A stretch of 64,000 bases of DNA from an uncultured Spirochaetota bacterium (GTDB lineage Bacteria > Spirochaetota > Spirochaetia > SZUA-6 > Fen-1364): the NCBI GenBank assembly GCA_963845535.1, contig CAWJSK010000012.1, positions 352,001 through 416,000 on the forward strand, given 5' to 3'. Positions 39,261-49,280 of the stretch are shown here, piece after piece. The position numbers were made by a program, and so were the translations under genes. The notes below the pieces were generated by a model, which made no database searches, was not told the origin of the DNA, and saw only the letters and a list, made by a program, of their open reading frames with translations. Numbering within the stretch: the first letter of the stretch is position 1; every line of letters starts with the position of its first letter.

Positions 39261-41185
39261 GGCTTTTTCCTCCTGACTGGCCCACGTTCCTCGACGCGCT
39301 CGCCCTGTGGGGTGAGCTGTCCATCTCCGCGCGCAGGACTTTTCTCGACGGGCTCCGGCCAGGGCTCCCGCTGGCGGCGTCTCCGGGCGGCCTGGCCACG
39401 GAAGAGCTGAAGGTCGCCGGCCTGCTGGAAGAAGCGGAGAACCCGGGCTACCTCACGGTGGCTGAGCAGCATGAAGGGTTCCACCACGTCATGAAGGCGC
39501 TGGAGAAAAGTCCCCTGTTCGAAGGGGCCGGACTGGCGGCCCTCTGCTCGTACCTCGGAGATCACTACACCTCGCGCGAAAGGTCCCTGCTGCACGAGTC
39601 CCTTGCCCTGCTTCCCAACGACCTTCCCCGGGTCGCCGGCCTTGTGTCCTCGGTGGAATGGCTGGAAGCAGCCCTGCCCCAGAATGGCGCGTCGGGCACC
39701 GCGGCCGGCACCGCGGCCGGGCTTGCGGAGGCGCGGACCATGCTTCGATTTTTCCGGGAGCAGCGGGACCGAGTGGCGCTCAGGGACCTGGAGGACTACT
39801 TCCCCACGATGGGGAGGGAGGACCTTTGCGCCGGCATCCGCATTGGAGTCCAGCGGGCGGTGTTCTTCCTTGGCCTTCGGCGCTCGGACCTGGAGCCCCT
39901 TGTGGGGATCTGGCCTGCCGCGGCGCGCAGGCTTCGACGGATGGCGGTCGTCCTTGCACCGGAACCGGTGAAGGCTGCCCGAACGTTCCGTCACCCCTAC
40001 CTCATCGACGACATGACCACCCTGCTCCTCGCGGCGCGGGTGGAGCCCATCCCCCTCCGCCGAGGCGACGAGAAGCCGTTCATCCGTTTTGTGGAGGACG
40101 TGTCTCCGGCGCTGCTCAGCGTCCCGGAGTGGCTGGAAGGATTCACAGGCCTTCCCCCGGACGGAAGGATTTCCCTGGCGCTCCAGGCGCTGCGCTTGAC
40201 CGGCCTCGTGGTTCCCGACGGTTCGCCCAGCACCGGCGCTCACAGGCAGGGCCGCCGCGGTCAGCGAGGGGCCACCGCTGCCCCCGGGTCGCGCCATCCC
40301 CGCGCCCCCGGGGGGACGGCATGGCGGGAGCCTGCCCTGGTGCCGGCGCCGTGGAGCGTCGCGTGGATGAGCCAGGACCTGCCGGAGAGGCGCGAAAGGG
40401 TCGTCGGCATGCTCGCCATTGGCGCGGGCGGACCGTCGGGCCTCTTCGACCTGCTCGAGGAGGACTGGACGTCCTCAGAGGGCGCGCGGGAGGAAATACT
40501 GCCGTGGCTCGTGCAGGCTTTCTCCTCGGTCCCCACCGCCTCCTTCATCCGCTTCGCGGATTTCGCGGAATACCAGGCCGCGATGGGGAGCCCGCTCGGG
40601 GCGGTCCAACCTTCGGCCGCCGCGGGAACAGGCGCAAGCAGCGCGGCAACCGACCCCGTCGGCCTCGGCGCCGCGGCAACCGAGGAAGCCCTCGAGGAGC
40701 TGTGGAAATCCTTCCTGGGGATATTCATAGGTCGATGCCTGCTGTCCCTGGACGGCGTCGAAGCCGGGATCACCGATGACGGGGCCCCCTGCTTTCGCCT
40801 CACGCACACCGGCCGAAGGATCCTCGGGCTTCCCGGCGACGGCCATGAGGAACGGGAAGGGTCGGATGCTTCCGGGGCAGCCATCATCGTGCAGCCCAAC
40901 TTCGAGATCGTTTTTCTCGTCCCTTCTCCGGCGGCAGAGGCGCTCTTGGGGCGTTTCTGCGAGCGGTTGGGAAGAGAGGTCGGGGTGCTCTTTCGGATCA
41001 CCAAGCAGTCAGTCCGCCGCGGAGCCGAGGCAGGGCTCGGGCTCGACCAGGTGATGGGCCCGCTCACTCAGTATTCCCGCAGCGAGCTTCCGCCGAACGT
41101 CAGACAGGAAGTCCAGGGCTGGTTCACGGCCAGGGACGCCGGCGGCTACGGACCCGGCGGCTACACCGGCGGCTACGGACCTTGA
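39257..41185 (+). CDS. XPB partner protein with a C-terminal helicase-associated (Helicase_C_3-like) domain
   Basis: ATGA overlap with XPB; IIVQPNFEI...FRIT..SV..G...LPPNV...W. Confidence 0.78.
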   Translation: MRLFPPDWPTFLDALALWGELSISARRTFLDGLRPGLPLAASPGGLATEELKVAGLLEEAENPGYLTVAEQHEGFHHVMKALEKSPLFEGAGLAALCSYLGDHYTSRERSLLHESLALLPNDLPRVAGLVSSVEWLEAALPQNGASGTAAGTAAGLAEARTMLRFFREQRDRVALRDLEDYFPTMGREDLCAGIRIGVQRAVFFLGLRRSDLEPLVGIWPAAARRLRRMAVVLAPEPVKAARTFRHPYLIDDMTTLLLAARVEPIPLRRGDEKPFIRFVEDVSPALLSVPEWLEGFTGLPPDGRISLALQALRLTGLVVPDGSPSTGAHRQGRRGQRGATAAPGSRHPRAPGGTAWREPALVPAPWSVAWMSQDLPERRERVVGMLAIGAGGPSGLFDLLEEDWTSSEGAREEILPWLVQAFSSVPTASFIRFADFAEYQAAMGSPLGAVQPSAAAGTGASSAATDPVGLGAAATEEALEELWKSFLGIFIGRCLLSLDGVEAGITDDGAPCFRLTHTGRRILGLPGDGHEEREGSDASGAAIIVQPNFEIVFLVPSPAAEALLGRFCERLGREVGVLFRITKQSVRRGAEAGLGLDQVMGPLTQYSRSELPPNVRQEVQGWFTARDAGGYGPGGYTGGYGP

Positions 41186-41264
41186 CAGCGCGCCGCATGC
41201 CACGTAGCGTGATGCGGGGAGTGTTCGCGCCCCTCCCGGGAAAGCGGCTGCCCGGAGTGAAGTC

Positions 41265-42242
41265 ATGAGAATTGCCGTAACGGGCGCCACAGGATTCATT
41301 GGAAGCCACCTTGTCGAAGCGCTCGTTCGCGACGGGCACGAAGTGACGTGCCTTGCCCGAGACCCGGAAAGAACGCGCTCTCTCTCCAGCCTTCCCGTCC
41401 GATTCGTGTACGGGAGCATGGATTCATCCTCCGCTCTTGCCAGCCTCGTAGACGGCCAGGAGGCCGTGGTCCACGCGGCTGGCCTGACCAAAGCGCGCAG
41501 CCCTGAGGAATACATCCGCGTCAACGTTGGCGGAACGGAAAACCTTCTCTCGGTCATCCGAGGCAAAGCGGGACGGCTTCGCCATTTCGTCTTCTTCAGC
41601 AGCGCGGAGGCAATGGGGCCGAGCACCCCCGGGCAACCCATAACGGAAGACGCCTGCCTTCGTCCATTCTCCGCCTACGGCAAGAGCAAGATCATGGCGG
41701 AGCAAAGTCTCGCCGGCCTGGAACGCCAGATGCCGGTGACCATTGTGCGCCCTCCCGTGGTCTACGGTCCGCGGGACAAGGACCTGGGCATTCTGTTCCG
41801 TCTCGTGGCCCGCGGTTTTCTTCCCGTTGTCAGCCCGTCCCCTGCTTTCAGCGTTGTCTATGTAAAGAACCTCGTTACCGGAATCTGCAGGGCAATAGAC
41901 CGCGCGCACGAATCGGGGACCCGCAGCTACTTCTTCACCGACGGCCCGGAAACCTCGTGGAGCGATTTCGGGGGGATGATTGCGCGCGCCTTCGGGAACA
42001 AGCCGTTCACGTTGAGGGTGCCCCAACTTATCGTGCTCGCAATTGCAATGTTTGCGGGGATACTGAGTGCGCTCGGCGCCAAGACGACCATCCTGAGCCA
42101 GGACAAGATCCGCGAAATGTGCGGCTCCTGGGTCGTCTCAGATGAACGGGCCCGCCGGGAGCTGGATTACCAGCCGGCGTTCAGCACGGAACAGGGCGTC
42201 ACGGAGACCGCGGCGTGGTACCGGAGCCAGGGCTGGTTCTGA
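41265..42242 (+). CDS. NAD-dependent epimerase/dehydratase (extended SDR)
   Basis: TGATGFIG, YGKSK and RPPVVYGP. Confidence 0.92.
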   Translation: MRIAVTGATGFIGSHLVEALVRDGHEVTCLARDPERTRSLSSLPVRFVYGSMDSSSALASLVDGQEAVVHAAGLTKARSPEEYIRVNVGGTENLLSVIRGKAGRLRHFVFFSSAEAMGPSTPGQPITEDACLRPFSAYGKSKIMAEQSLAGLERQMPVTIVRPPVVYGPRDKDLGILFRLVARGFLPVVSPSPAFSVVYVKNLVTGICRAIDRAHESGTRSYFFTDGPETSWSDFGGMIARAFGNKPFTLRVPQLIVLAIAMFAGILSALGAKTTILSQDKIREMCGSWVVSDERARRELDYQPAFSTEQGVTETAAWYRSQGWF

Positions 42243-42274
42243 GAACGCGGCACATCAAAGGCATTACCGAACCT

Positions 42275-42934
42275 TCAATTCAGTCTTACGCAGGCGCCAT
42301 GCCCTGGGGCAATCAGAGAGACAGGCAATCCCGATAATGTGCTCTTGATCCTGTCAAGTTCGGCTGGAGATGGAATTTTCTCCGCGGTAATGCTTTGGAT
42401 CTGCTTTTTCAAATCGGAAGCAATAGATTCATTTCCCACTTTCCCGAATTGCAGAAATAAATCACTGCTAAAGAGCACCGATCTGGTTCTTTCGAAGAGC
42501 AACAATCCTTCCCAGAGATGCATCTCGGAAGGATATGAGATGAACTCAAGTTGATAGTCCCGTGTTTGAAGAATTGAACCAGGGGCTTGAACCACCGCGC
42601 TATTCGTAATGCCGAAGCCGCTCAGTTGTCTGGCCGTAACCGCGGAACAAATGGGTTTCATCCCAGGGTACTGTTCCAGGAACAAGCCCAGCCCGCCGCA
42701 CTCATCACTTTCAAAATGTGAAATAAACACATACGCAAGTTTCTCATCGTCAAGAACTTGCTTCAGTTGCGGCAATAAGACCTCGGCATCCTTGCGGGTA
42801 CCCGTGTGCACCAGCAATGGCTCCGAACCCAACACCAGGAATTGATTGAATGACAGATTGATCGGTTCAAAGTAGCTATTGAATTGAAGCAGGTCAGCAC
42901 GTACCTGTATTGTTGTCATCTGCGGAGCCCCCAA
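42275..42934 (-). CDS. Metallo-beta-lactamase-fold di-iron protein (FprA-N/ODP-like)
   Basis: SHFESDE, HLWE, SSDLF and PGHG. Confidence 0.8.
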   Translation of the reverse strand: MGAPQMTTIQVRADLLQFNSYFEPINLSFNQFLVLGSEPLLVHTGTRKDAEVLLPQLKQVLDDEKLAYVFISHFESDECGGLGLFLEQYPGMKPICSAVTARQLSGFGITNSAVVQAPGSILQTRDYQLEFISYPSEMHLWEGLLLFERTRSVLFSSDLFLQFGKVGNESIASDLKKQIQSITAEKIPSPAELDRIKSTLSGLPVSLIAPGHGACVRLN

Positions 42935-42988
42935 AGAAAGTGAATCGAACCAGGCTGGTAGTATATCGCAGTCAGTGGAGAAGCTCCA

Positions 42989-43663
42989 TCAATGCCCGCG
43001 AGCAACGGGGCGGAAGACTTTGAAGATGCCTTCGGTTACCGCCGTCACCTCACGATCAACAACTTTCAGAGCTGACGTGTCGTCAAGCGCATACACCGTT
43101 TCAGTCATGCCTTTGGTGCTTTCCTCTATTGCGCTTTCTTTCACGCTGGGGAAATAGGGGTTATTGAAATGCGGCAGGAAGTAGAAGTCCACATATCCGA
43201 GTCCTTCCATGTCGTCCGTTCTGCCAAGGTCATCTTTATAGAGAAGGTGAGAGAACTTGAGGGCCAGTCTTTGGCCGGCTACCATACTCCCGGCGCTCAT
43301 TCCGACATACACTCTGTCTTTGAGAAGGTCGGGCAACACCTCGGTCAGCCCGGATCTGGTCATCCACTGCATAAGGTGGTAGCGCTTGCCGCCGCTAAAG
43401 TACAAGACATCCGCTTGCTCCATCTTGGACAGCCACAACGTCCGGTCGAGTGCCGAAATGTCAACAATATCAATTGCCTTGAAGTTCAGCTTCTTGAGAT
43501 TCACCAGGTCATCGATCAACCAACCCTTGTCGCCCAGCTCGACGTTTGCCGCGGTCGGCACAAAAGCCAAGGTCGTGGCTTCAGGCTTCTTTCCCACGAG
43601 ATCGAAAAGCGCCCGTGCGATAGAACCGTTCGTTACGCCACATGAGGTCAGGAGAAGTCTCAT
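42989..43663 (-). CDS. Peptidase S51 (dipeptidase E-like)
   Basis: LLLTS, FVPTA, SGG, GMSAGS and LPH. Confidence 0.88.
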   Translation of the reverse strand: MRLLLTSCGVTNGSIARALFDLVGKKPEATTLAFVPTAANVELGDKGWLIDDLVNLKKLNFKAIDIVDISALDRTLWLSKMEQADVLYFSGGKRYHLMQWMTRSGLTEVLPDLLKDRVYVGMSAGSMVAGQRLALKFSHLLYKDDLGRTDDMEGLGYVDFYFLPHFNNPYFPSVKESAIEESTKGMTETVYALDDTSALKVVDREVTAVTEGIFKVFRPVARGH

Positions 43664-43961
43664 ACGCTAACATAGGTACTGGGGACGTCAGGGGCAAATC
43701 ACGCGAAGGCACTGGGGCTTCTCCTGCTCTATTCTGCCGAGGAATCATCAGGCCTCATGAGCGCTCTTTTTGTACGTGGCCGCTTTTGAGCAGCACGAAA
43801 ACCGACGTGGTGCCTCTTCAGAGCCTGCCTTCGAATGCGAAGCTCTCAAAGAGAGGATCAGCAACAAAGAGCGCGCCATGCAGGCGGTCATTTTCGAAAA
43901 CGAAGCGCAGCTCTCCTCCGAGATCGCGTCGTGCACGTTTTATCCACAGCCGGCTTTTCCT

Positions 43962-45260
43962 TCATTCCTTCAAAGCTTTCACTTCTCTTACGTTGGAAAT
44001 CCACACGCCTACCGAAAACATGATTATCGCGACGCTGGCAAACAATATCGTCATAGCTACCCTTTGCGCCATGAAACCTGCCATGAAAAACCCCAAAGGC
44101 ATCATGGCCGTTCGCAGCGATGACTGAATCCCCCAGAATCTGCCGCGATATTCATCCACGGTATGTCTTTGAAACAGCACATTGAGCGGCACGAATATGA
44201 ACGGCATTGCGAATCCCAGTATCAAACCACCTGCGCTGAACCAGGCAGTTATCCCCCAGTTGGTAAGGAAAGGCCGGACCTGTGGCAGTAACACGGGAGC
44301 GATCAGCAAAGTGCAAGAGCTGTAGATCAACAGGGCATAGAAGATTGAGGTTCTGAATCTGATCCGCTTCAAAAGGAGCGGTGCAAGCAAGTTGCTGACT
44401 ACTATCGCGACCCATCCCGAGGCTTGGGAAAGAGCCAGCTGAAAAGGCTCCGCCTTCAGGATGACATTAAACGTGTACGGGAACAACACTATTACGACCG
44501 GGAAAACGAACAGGTTGAACAGAGCGTTAAAAATCGTGAGATTCAGGATCAATTTGCTCTTTGCAACATATTGGAGGCCTTCTTTCAATTCCTCCATGGT
44601 TTTCCTTATCGAGGCGAGGAAAGACGAGGTTTTTCTCCTGACCGCTCTGGTCGCGTTCGTCAAACTGACGCCCGCTTCCAGAGCTCCGGAGATGAAATAG
44701 GAAAGGGCGTTGATGACAAAGATTGCAAAAACCCCGACAAGGTTGTAGAGCATTCCGCTGACCAATAGTCCGCCTGCGGTACAGAAGCTCCCAACGAAAT
44801 TGTCGAGTGAGACGGCCTCAGTCAGTCGATTGTCTTTCACAACGTTGGGAATGATCGCCCCTGCCGCCGGCGAAAATACCGATCCGCAGAAGCCCAGGAA
44901 AACAGCGCTGACGTAGAGCATCCAGATCTGCAGGAGATGGCTGTACAACAAGCAGGCCGCCAGCAGGACCACGATGCCCCGGACGACGTCCATCCATACC
45001 AGAATCCTTTTCCTGTTCAGCCGATCAGCGATAATTCCCCCGAACGGGGATATGATGGTAACAACCAGTGTGTCGATTACCAGAAAAGTCGCCATCTGCA
45101 AACTTGATTTTGTAAGGTCAAGAATGTACCAGCCCAGGGCGAACGCATACACCTGGTCACCCAGTTGGGAGATGATTTTTCCAAAAAAGAGGAGCATAAA
45201 ATTCCGGCTTCGTAAGACGCTTGCCGGTTTATTTGGACGTACTTTCATTTTCGATGACAC
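43962..45260 (-). CDS. MFS transporter (DHA3/MefA-like)
   Basis: Multiple TM helices, GIIADRLNRK and YRGR. Confidence 0.9.
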   Translation of the reverse strand: MSSKMKVRPNKPASVLRSRNFMLLFFGKIISQLGDQVYAFALGWYILDLTKSSLQMATFLVIDTLVVTIISPFGGIIADRLNRKRILVWMDVVRGIVVLLAACLLYSHLLQIWMLYVSAVFLGFCGSVFSPAAGAIIPNVVKDNRLTEAVSLDNFVGSFCTAGGLLVSGMLYNLVGVFAIFVINALSYFISGALEAGVSLTNATRAVRRKTSSFLASIRKTMEELKEGLQYVAKSKLILNLTIFNALFNLFVFPVVIVLFPYTFNVILKAEPFQLALSQASGWVAIVVSNLLAPLLLKRIRFRTSIFYALLIYSSCTLLIAPVLLPQVRPFLTNWGITAWFSAGGLILGFAMPFIFVPLNVLFQRHTVDEYRGRFWGIQSSLRTAMMPLGFFMAGFMAQRVAMTILFASVAIIMFSVGVWISNVREVKALKE

Positions 45261-45601
45261 CGTTCTTCCTTATTGGGCGAGCTAGGCAAATTATAGGCCA
45301 GGAAGGATGAATTGGGTAGCATCAACAATCTTGCCCTCAGGGAAATATCCCCCTATCTTCCTTGCAGAACGAGAGTGCTCGACTTTCTGATACAGGGGGC
45401 GTCTATATAGATCCCGCGGCCTTTTCCCACGACCTCGCCGCCAATGAACCTCAAGGTCATGGGGGGTAAGGACGCCCTTTTACAAGAGGTTTAGCATGCT
45501 TGTTACCGCTGCAATTGCCCCGGCGATAAGGACAAGCGAGAGTACGATCCACCTGACCAATTGATAATAAGGCATCTCTGGGAGGGGATGCTTGGCTGGG
45601 A

Positions 45602-45976
45602 CTGTATGGGATGTTTTTCGTGGACAATATCGGGCAGGAGGAAGTGTGTGTTTTTCTACGCGAGGTGCTTCGTCGCTTGCGTGGTGCGGTGGTTGTCCTG
45701 ATAGACAACAGTAACATCCATTTAGGGGGTCCCTTGCAGCGCTTGTGTCAGCAATTTCCCCGACTTCATCTTCGGTATTTCCCGCCCTACGCACCTGAGC
45801 TCAACCCTGATGAAGGGGTATGGGGCTTTCTAAAGGGAAGACTCGCCAATGGGCGCCCTGATGATATCGGTGAACTTCAGAGGCTGTTGGGGAATGAGTT
45901 CAGAGGGCTTGCCCTCTCGCAGCAGAAGCTGCGCGGATGCATTCAGCAATCGGAGTTGCCTCTCTTTTTGCCGTAG
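45602..45976 (+). pseudogene. IS630-family transposase C-terminal fragment
   Basis: VLIDNSNIH and FPPYAPELNPDEGVW..LK; N-terminal part absent; left boundary approximate. Confidence 0.8.
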
Positions 45977-46027
45977 CTGTTGCATTATGCAGGCCGCCGC
46001 CTGCTTGGGCGACGGCCAGTGTCTTCT

Positions 46028-47467
46028 CTACGAGGAAGCCTTGGAGAGGGCGTTGCGGGCTCTGATCAGTGACATCGCTGCCGCTGCCCCGACGACAAGG
46101 AAGATTGCGCAAGCAATGAAGCTGTGTTGAGTTCCAACGAGGTCCACAGCGATCCGTGAGCCCGCGCTACGGGCCGCGGATGTCTTCGTTGCACTTTCCA
46201 CGATAGTCATGATGGCCAGGCCGATTGCGCCGCCGATTTGTTGAGATGTGGAAAGCAGGCCGGAGGCGGCGCCCCGATGCGCCGGCGGGACTCCAGCGAC
46301 TCCGACCTTGAAGAGGACTGGAAGGGCTATGCCGAAAAGCCCGACAAAGACAGACCCGCTCAAGAAGAGCACTAGGAAGCCCGCCTCGGTACCCATCCGG
46401 CTATACAGGATGAACCCCGCTGACATTGCGATGCTTCCCGCTACTACGAGGAAACGCGCCGGCAATTTCTCTGTCAGGCGGGACGACAGGTTCGTGGCGA
46501 CAACGAAGATGAGCGAGGTCGGTAGAAACGCAAGCCCGCTTGCCTCGGGGCTGAGAGAGAGGCTTCGCTGAAGGAAGAAACTCAAGCTGAATAGGCTCGC
46601 CATGAGCCCGGCGTGTCCGAACAGCATGACCAGGTTCGCGCCCACGAGCGAGGGGTCACGGAATATGGTCAGCCGCAGGACCGGGTCCGTGCTCCTCCGC
46701 TCGATGGTGACGAACGCACCAAGCAATGTCACGGTAAGAATGGCCGGAAGCACTGACAAGGCAGATAGCCATCCCATCGTGTTTCCCTCGCTCAACACCC
46801 ACACCAGCGCGATCAGCCCAATCGTGGCCGTCGTTGAGCCAAGCACGTCGAGCTTTCGACGCTCGACGGTCACGGGGTCCCGGCCAATGAGCGTGGGCGC
46901 AAGACCGCAGCACAAGAGACCCAGTGGAACGTTTACGAACATGATCCAGCGCCAGCCGGGCCCTGCGACGAGCAGCCCGCCGAGGAGCGCGCCGACCGGA
47001 AAGGCTACTCCCGAAAGCGCGGACCAGATGCCGATCATCCGGTTGCCCTGCCGGGCGTCCTGAAAGAGCGTGGTCACCGTGGCAAAAGCGGTCGGAGATA
47101 TCAGGGCAGCCCCCAGCCCTTGCAGGGCCCGGGCTGCGATGAGCCACTGTATCGTCGGCGCAAGGCCTCCCAGGAGCGACGCCAGCGAGAATGTTGCAAA
47201 GCCGATGATCAGGATTCGTCGCTTGCCAAAGACATCTCCCGCCTTTCCGCCCAGGAGGAGGAAACCGCCAAAGCTCAAGGCGTAGATGCTCAAGGCCCAC
47301 TGAGTCGTCGACGCTGTGACCCCGAAGCTCGACTGGACGGCCGGCAGGGCCAGAACGACAATCATCAGGTCGAGCATGACCATGAAGCGCCCCCCGCATA
47401 AAAGCAGGAAGGCTGGCCACTTTCGAGATGCCCAAGAAATCCGGGGGTTCGATATTGCAGCGCTCAT
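46028..47467 (-). CDS. MFS drug efflux transporter (DHA2/EmrB-QacA-like)
   Basis: LDLMIVVLALP, GGKAGDVFGKR, RALQGLG and WRWIMFVNVP; the ATG overlaps the sigma stop. Confidence 0.9.
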   Translation of the reverse strand: MSAAISNPRISWASRKWPAFLLLCGGRFMVMLDLMIVVLALPAVQSSFGVTASTTQWALSIYALSFGGFLLLGGKAGDVFGKRRILIIGFATFSLASLLGGLAPTIQWLIAARALQGLGAALISPTAFATVTTLFQDARQGNRMIGIWSALSGVAFPVGALLGGLLVAGPGWRWIMFVNVPLGLLCCGLAPTLIGRDPVTVERRKLDVLGSTTATIGLIALVWVLSEGNTMGWLSALSVLPAILTVTLLGAFVTIERRSTDPVLRLTIFRDPSLVGANLVMLFGHAGLMASLFSLSFFLQRSLSLSPEASGLAFLPTSLIFVVATNLSSRLTEKLPARFLVVAGSIAMSAGFILYSRMGTEAGFLVLFLSGSVFVGLFGIALPVLFKVGVAGVPPAHRGAASGLLSTSQQIGGAIGLAIMTIVESATKTSAARSAGSRIAVDLVGTQHSFIACAIFLVVGAAAAMSLIRARNALSKASS

Positions 47468-48366
47468 GAGCGGCCTCCTATCCTCACGCTGGCATCCTGG
47501 ATGACGTAGGGCGCAAAGAGATAGTCCCGGATGAACGACACCCGCCCTTCCCTGCACTCTAGAAGAATGAAGAAGCTGGGCCGGTCGGATTCTTTCTGCG
47601 TGTCGTAGGCCAGAATGGCCGCGCGATTCTCCACGATGCCGGTCTCGAATCTCCAGTGCCCCACCTCGGCGTATCGGGTGAAGTACTGGCCCACCTCGGC
47701 TCCACGGCGTTGTGCCCGTCCCACAAGGTCGAGACGCACGTCTTCGGCCAGCATGGCGCGGATCGCATCGAAGTTGCCTGAGTTGAAATGATCCACGTAG
47801 CGCGAGATGAGCTCGAGGTCGTCGGTGTTCGTCGCTTCCTGATGGTCGTCCTGGACCAAGGCGGACAGCTCCCGCAACCGGGCTCGGCCGCGGTGCAGGG
47901 CGGCCTTGACCTCTGAAACGCTGCCGTCGAGGAACTCCGAGATCTCCGCCAGCGAATAGTCCATCACGTCTTTCAGCACGACGCAACTCCTCTGCTTCGG
48001 CGTAAGCTTCATGAAGACCGAGAGGGCGAGCTTCAGCACCTCCTTCTTCTCAAACGGAACGTCCGGCTCGTCAACTACCGGGAACTCTTCCGCATAATCC
48101 ACGGACTGCCTCCCCTCTCTTCGCAGGAAGTCGATTGCCTTGTTGTGAGCTATCCTCATGAGCCATCCCTGCATGTTCGACACGGTCATCGTTGGAAGCG
48201 CATAGAAAGCTTTCGCGAGTGCTTCTTGAACGACATCCTCAGCGTCGATGGCTGAGCCCACGATCCTGACGCAGTATCGGTGGAGATCGGGTCGGATCTC
48301 CTTCACAACGTCTTCGAACTCGCTCCTGGTCTGAGCGAGCGAAGAAAGAAAACCCTGGGTTGTCAA
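47464..48366 (-). CDS. ECF sigma factor with a C-terminal SnoaL-like domain
   Basis: DAEDVVQE, WLMRIAHN and VKAALHRGR, then ISRYVDHFNSGNFDAI..LAEDV. Confidence 0.88.
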   Translation of the reverse strand: MTTQGFLSSLAQTRSEFEDVVKEIRPDLHRYCVRIVGSAIDAEDVVQEALAKAFYALPTMTVSNMQGWLMRIAHNKAIDFLRREGRQSVDYAEEFPVVDEPDVPFEKKEVLKLALSVFMKLTPKQRSCVVLKDVMDYSLAEISEFLDGSVSEVKAALHRGRARLRELSALVQDDHQEATNTDDLELISRYVDHFNSGNFDAIRAMLAEDVRLDLVGRAQRRGAEVGQYFTRYAEVGHWRFETGIVENRAAILAYDTQKESDRPSFFILLECREGRVSFIRDYLFAPYVIQDASVRIGGRS

Positions 48367-48417
48367 ATCAGCTCCTCCTTGAGCCTCCCCGACCGGGGAT
48401 ATGCTTCTTGTATGGAT

Positions 48418-48443
48418 GACGCTGCGACGAGGGGAAAGGATTC
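48418..48443 (-). promoter_or_regulatory. Candidate ECF promoter
   Basis: Minus strand GAATCC-N16-CGTC, about 50 bp upstream of the sigma gene. Confidence 0.4.
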
Positions 48444-48689
48444 GGTCTCGCGGGAAAAAAGTTCGGGCTTGCTATCGGACTGCCTGTATTAGTCATAATG
48501 AAGTGACCGGCCGCTTTGAGGCGTCGCATTTCTTCCTCAGTCTGCTGAAACAAATCGCGTCTACTCCTCCGCAATTGCAGCAGGATTCATGTCCTCGCGG
48601 CTTCATAAGACCTGGGCCTCGAAAGGCAATCTTGAATATCCTTTGACTCTTCATTTCTTTCTCAGTAATTAGAGCTTGTCGGGTTATTC

Positions 48690-49097
48690 CTAGTCCCGAT
48701 CGGCACGGCGGCGCCTGATCGGCGGCTTCCGGGTCGGTGACGGCAGTTCTGTCAGCAGCGGCTCGGTAGCTTGCATCGATATTTGCTCCATCTCGGCGAG
48801 GATGCGGTCGAGTTCCTTGCCGGTGTCGATCCATTTTTTCAGTAATTTGGCCTGTTCAGCAGAGAGACGGACAGTGACGGTCTTGCCATCTACCTTTCGA
48901 GTCCACTGATAGTATGGGCCGTGGAGACGAGGCGGTGAGGCCTTGCAAGCGCACACGGGCTTGCCGCAGGTCATCAGGCGCTTGAGTAGAGTGCCGCGGC
49001 GGAAGTAGCCGATGCGGCTGAGGGCAAGTTGAAGTTGGCGATACTCTGGGGCAAGGTCAGCATTCATAGTCATGGGATCCATCTTGACAGAAATCAC
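48690..49097 (-). CDS. Cys/His accessory protein (DUF6788-like) inside the IS
   Basis: RRGTL...CGKPVCAC...HGPYYQWTRKVDGKT; the stop abuts the left TIR; start at 49097 or 49082. Confidence 0.75.
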   Translation of the reverse strand: MISVKMDPMTMNADLAPEYRQLQLALSRIGYFRRGTLLKRLMTCGKPVCACKASPPRLHGPYYQWTRKVDGKTVTVRLSAEQAKLLKKWIDTGKELDRILAEMEQISMQATEPLLTELPSPTRKPPIRRRRADRD

Positions 49098-49111
49098 TCC
49101 TCAGTTATAAT
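49084..49111 (+). promoter_or_regulatory. Consensus sigma70 promoter inside the IS
   Basis: TTGACA-N16-TATAAT facing the transposase. Confidence 0.7.
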
Positions 49112-49280
49112 ACTGGGGAAATGTCTTCCGTCAATATCTCTTCTCCCTTCCCGCACAGAATCCTCCCTTCGATACTCTCTTTCACTCTCATGTTTCTCAG
49201 CGGCCTTACCGCGATGAACTCAACCCCCTCATCTTCCGCCTGCCGCCTCTCGGCGCTCATCACCCAGGAGGTGCCTTCCC

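Noticed and set aside
46028..47986. 652-aa MFS with a long N-terminal extension
   Set aside because: The extension is an alternative frame of the ECF sigma gene; ATG 47467 overlaps the sigma stop
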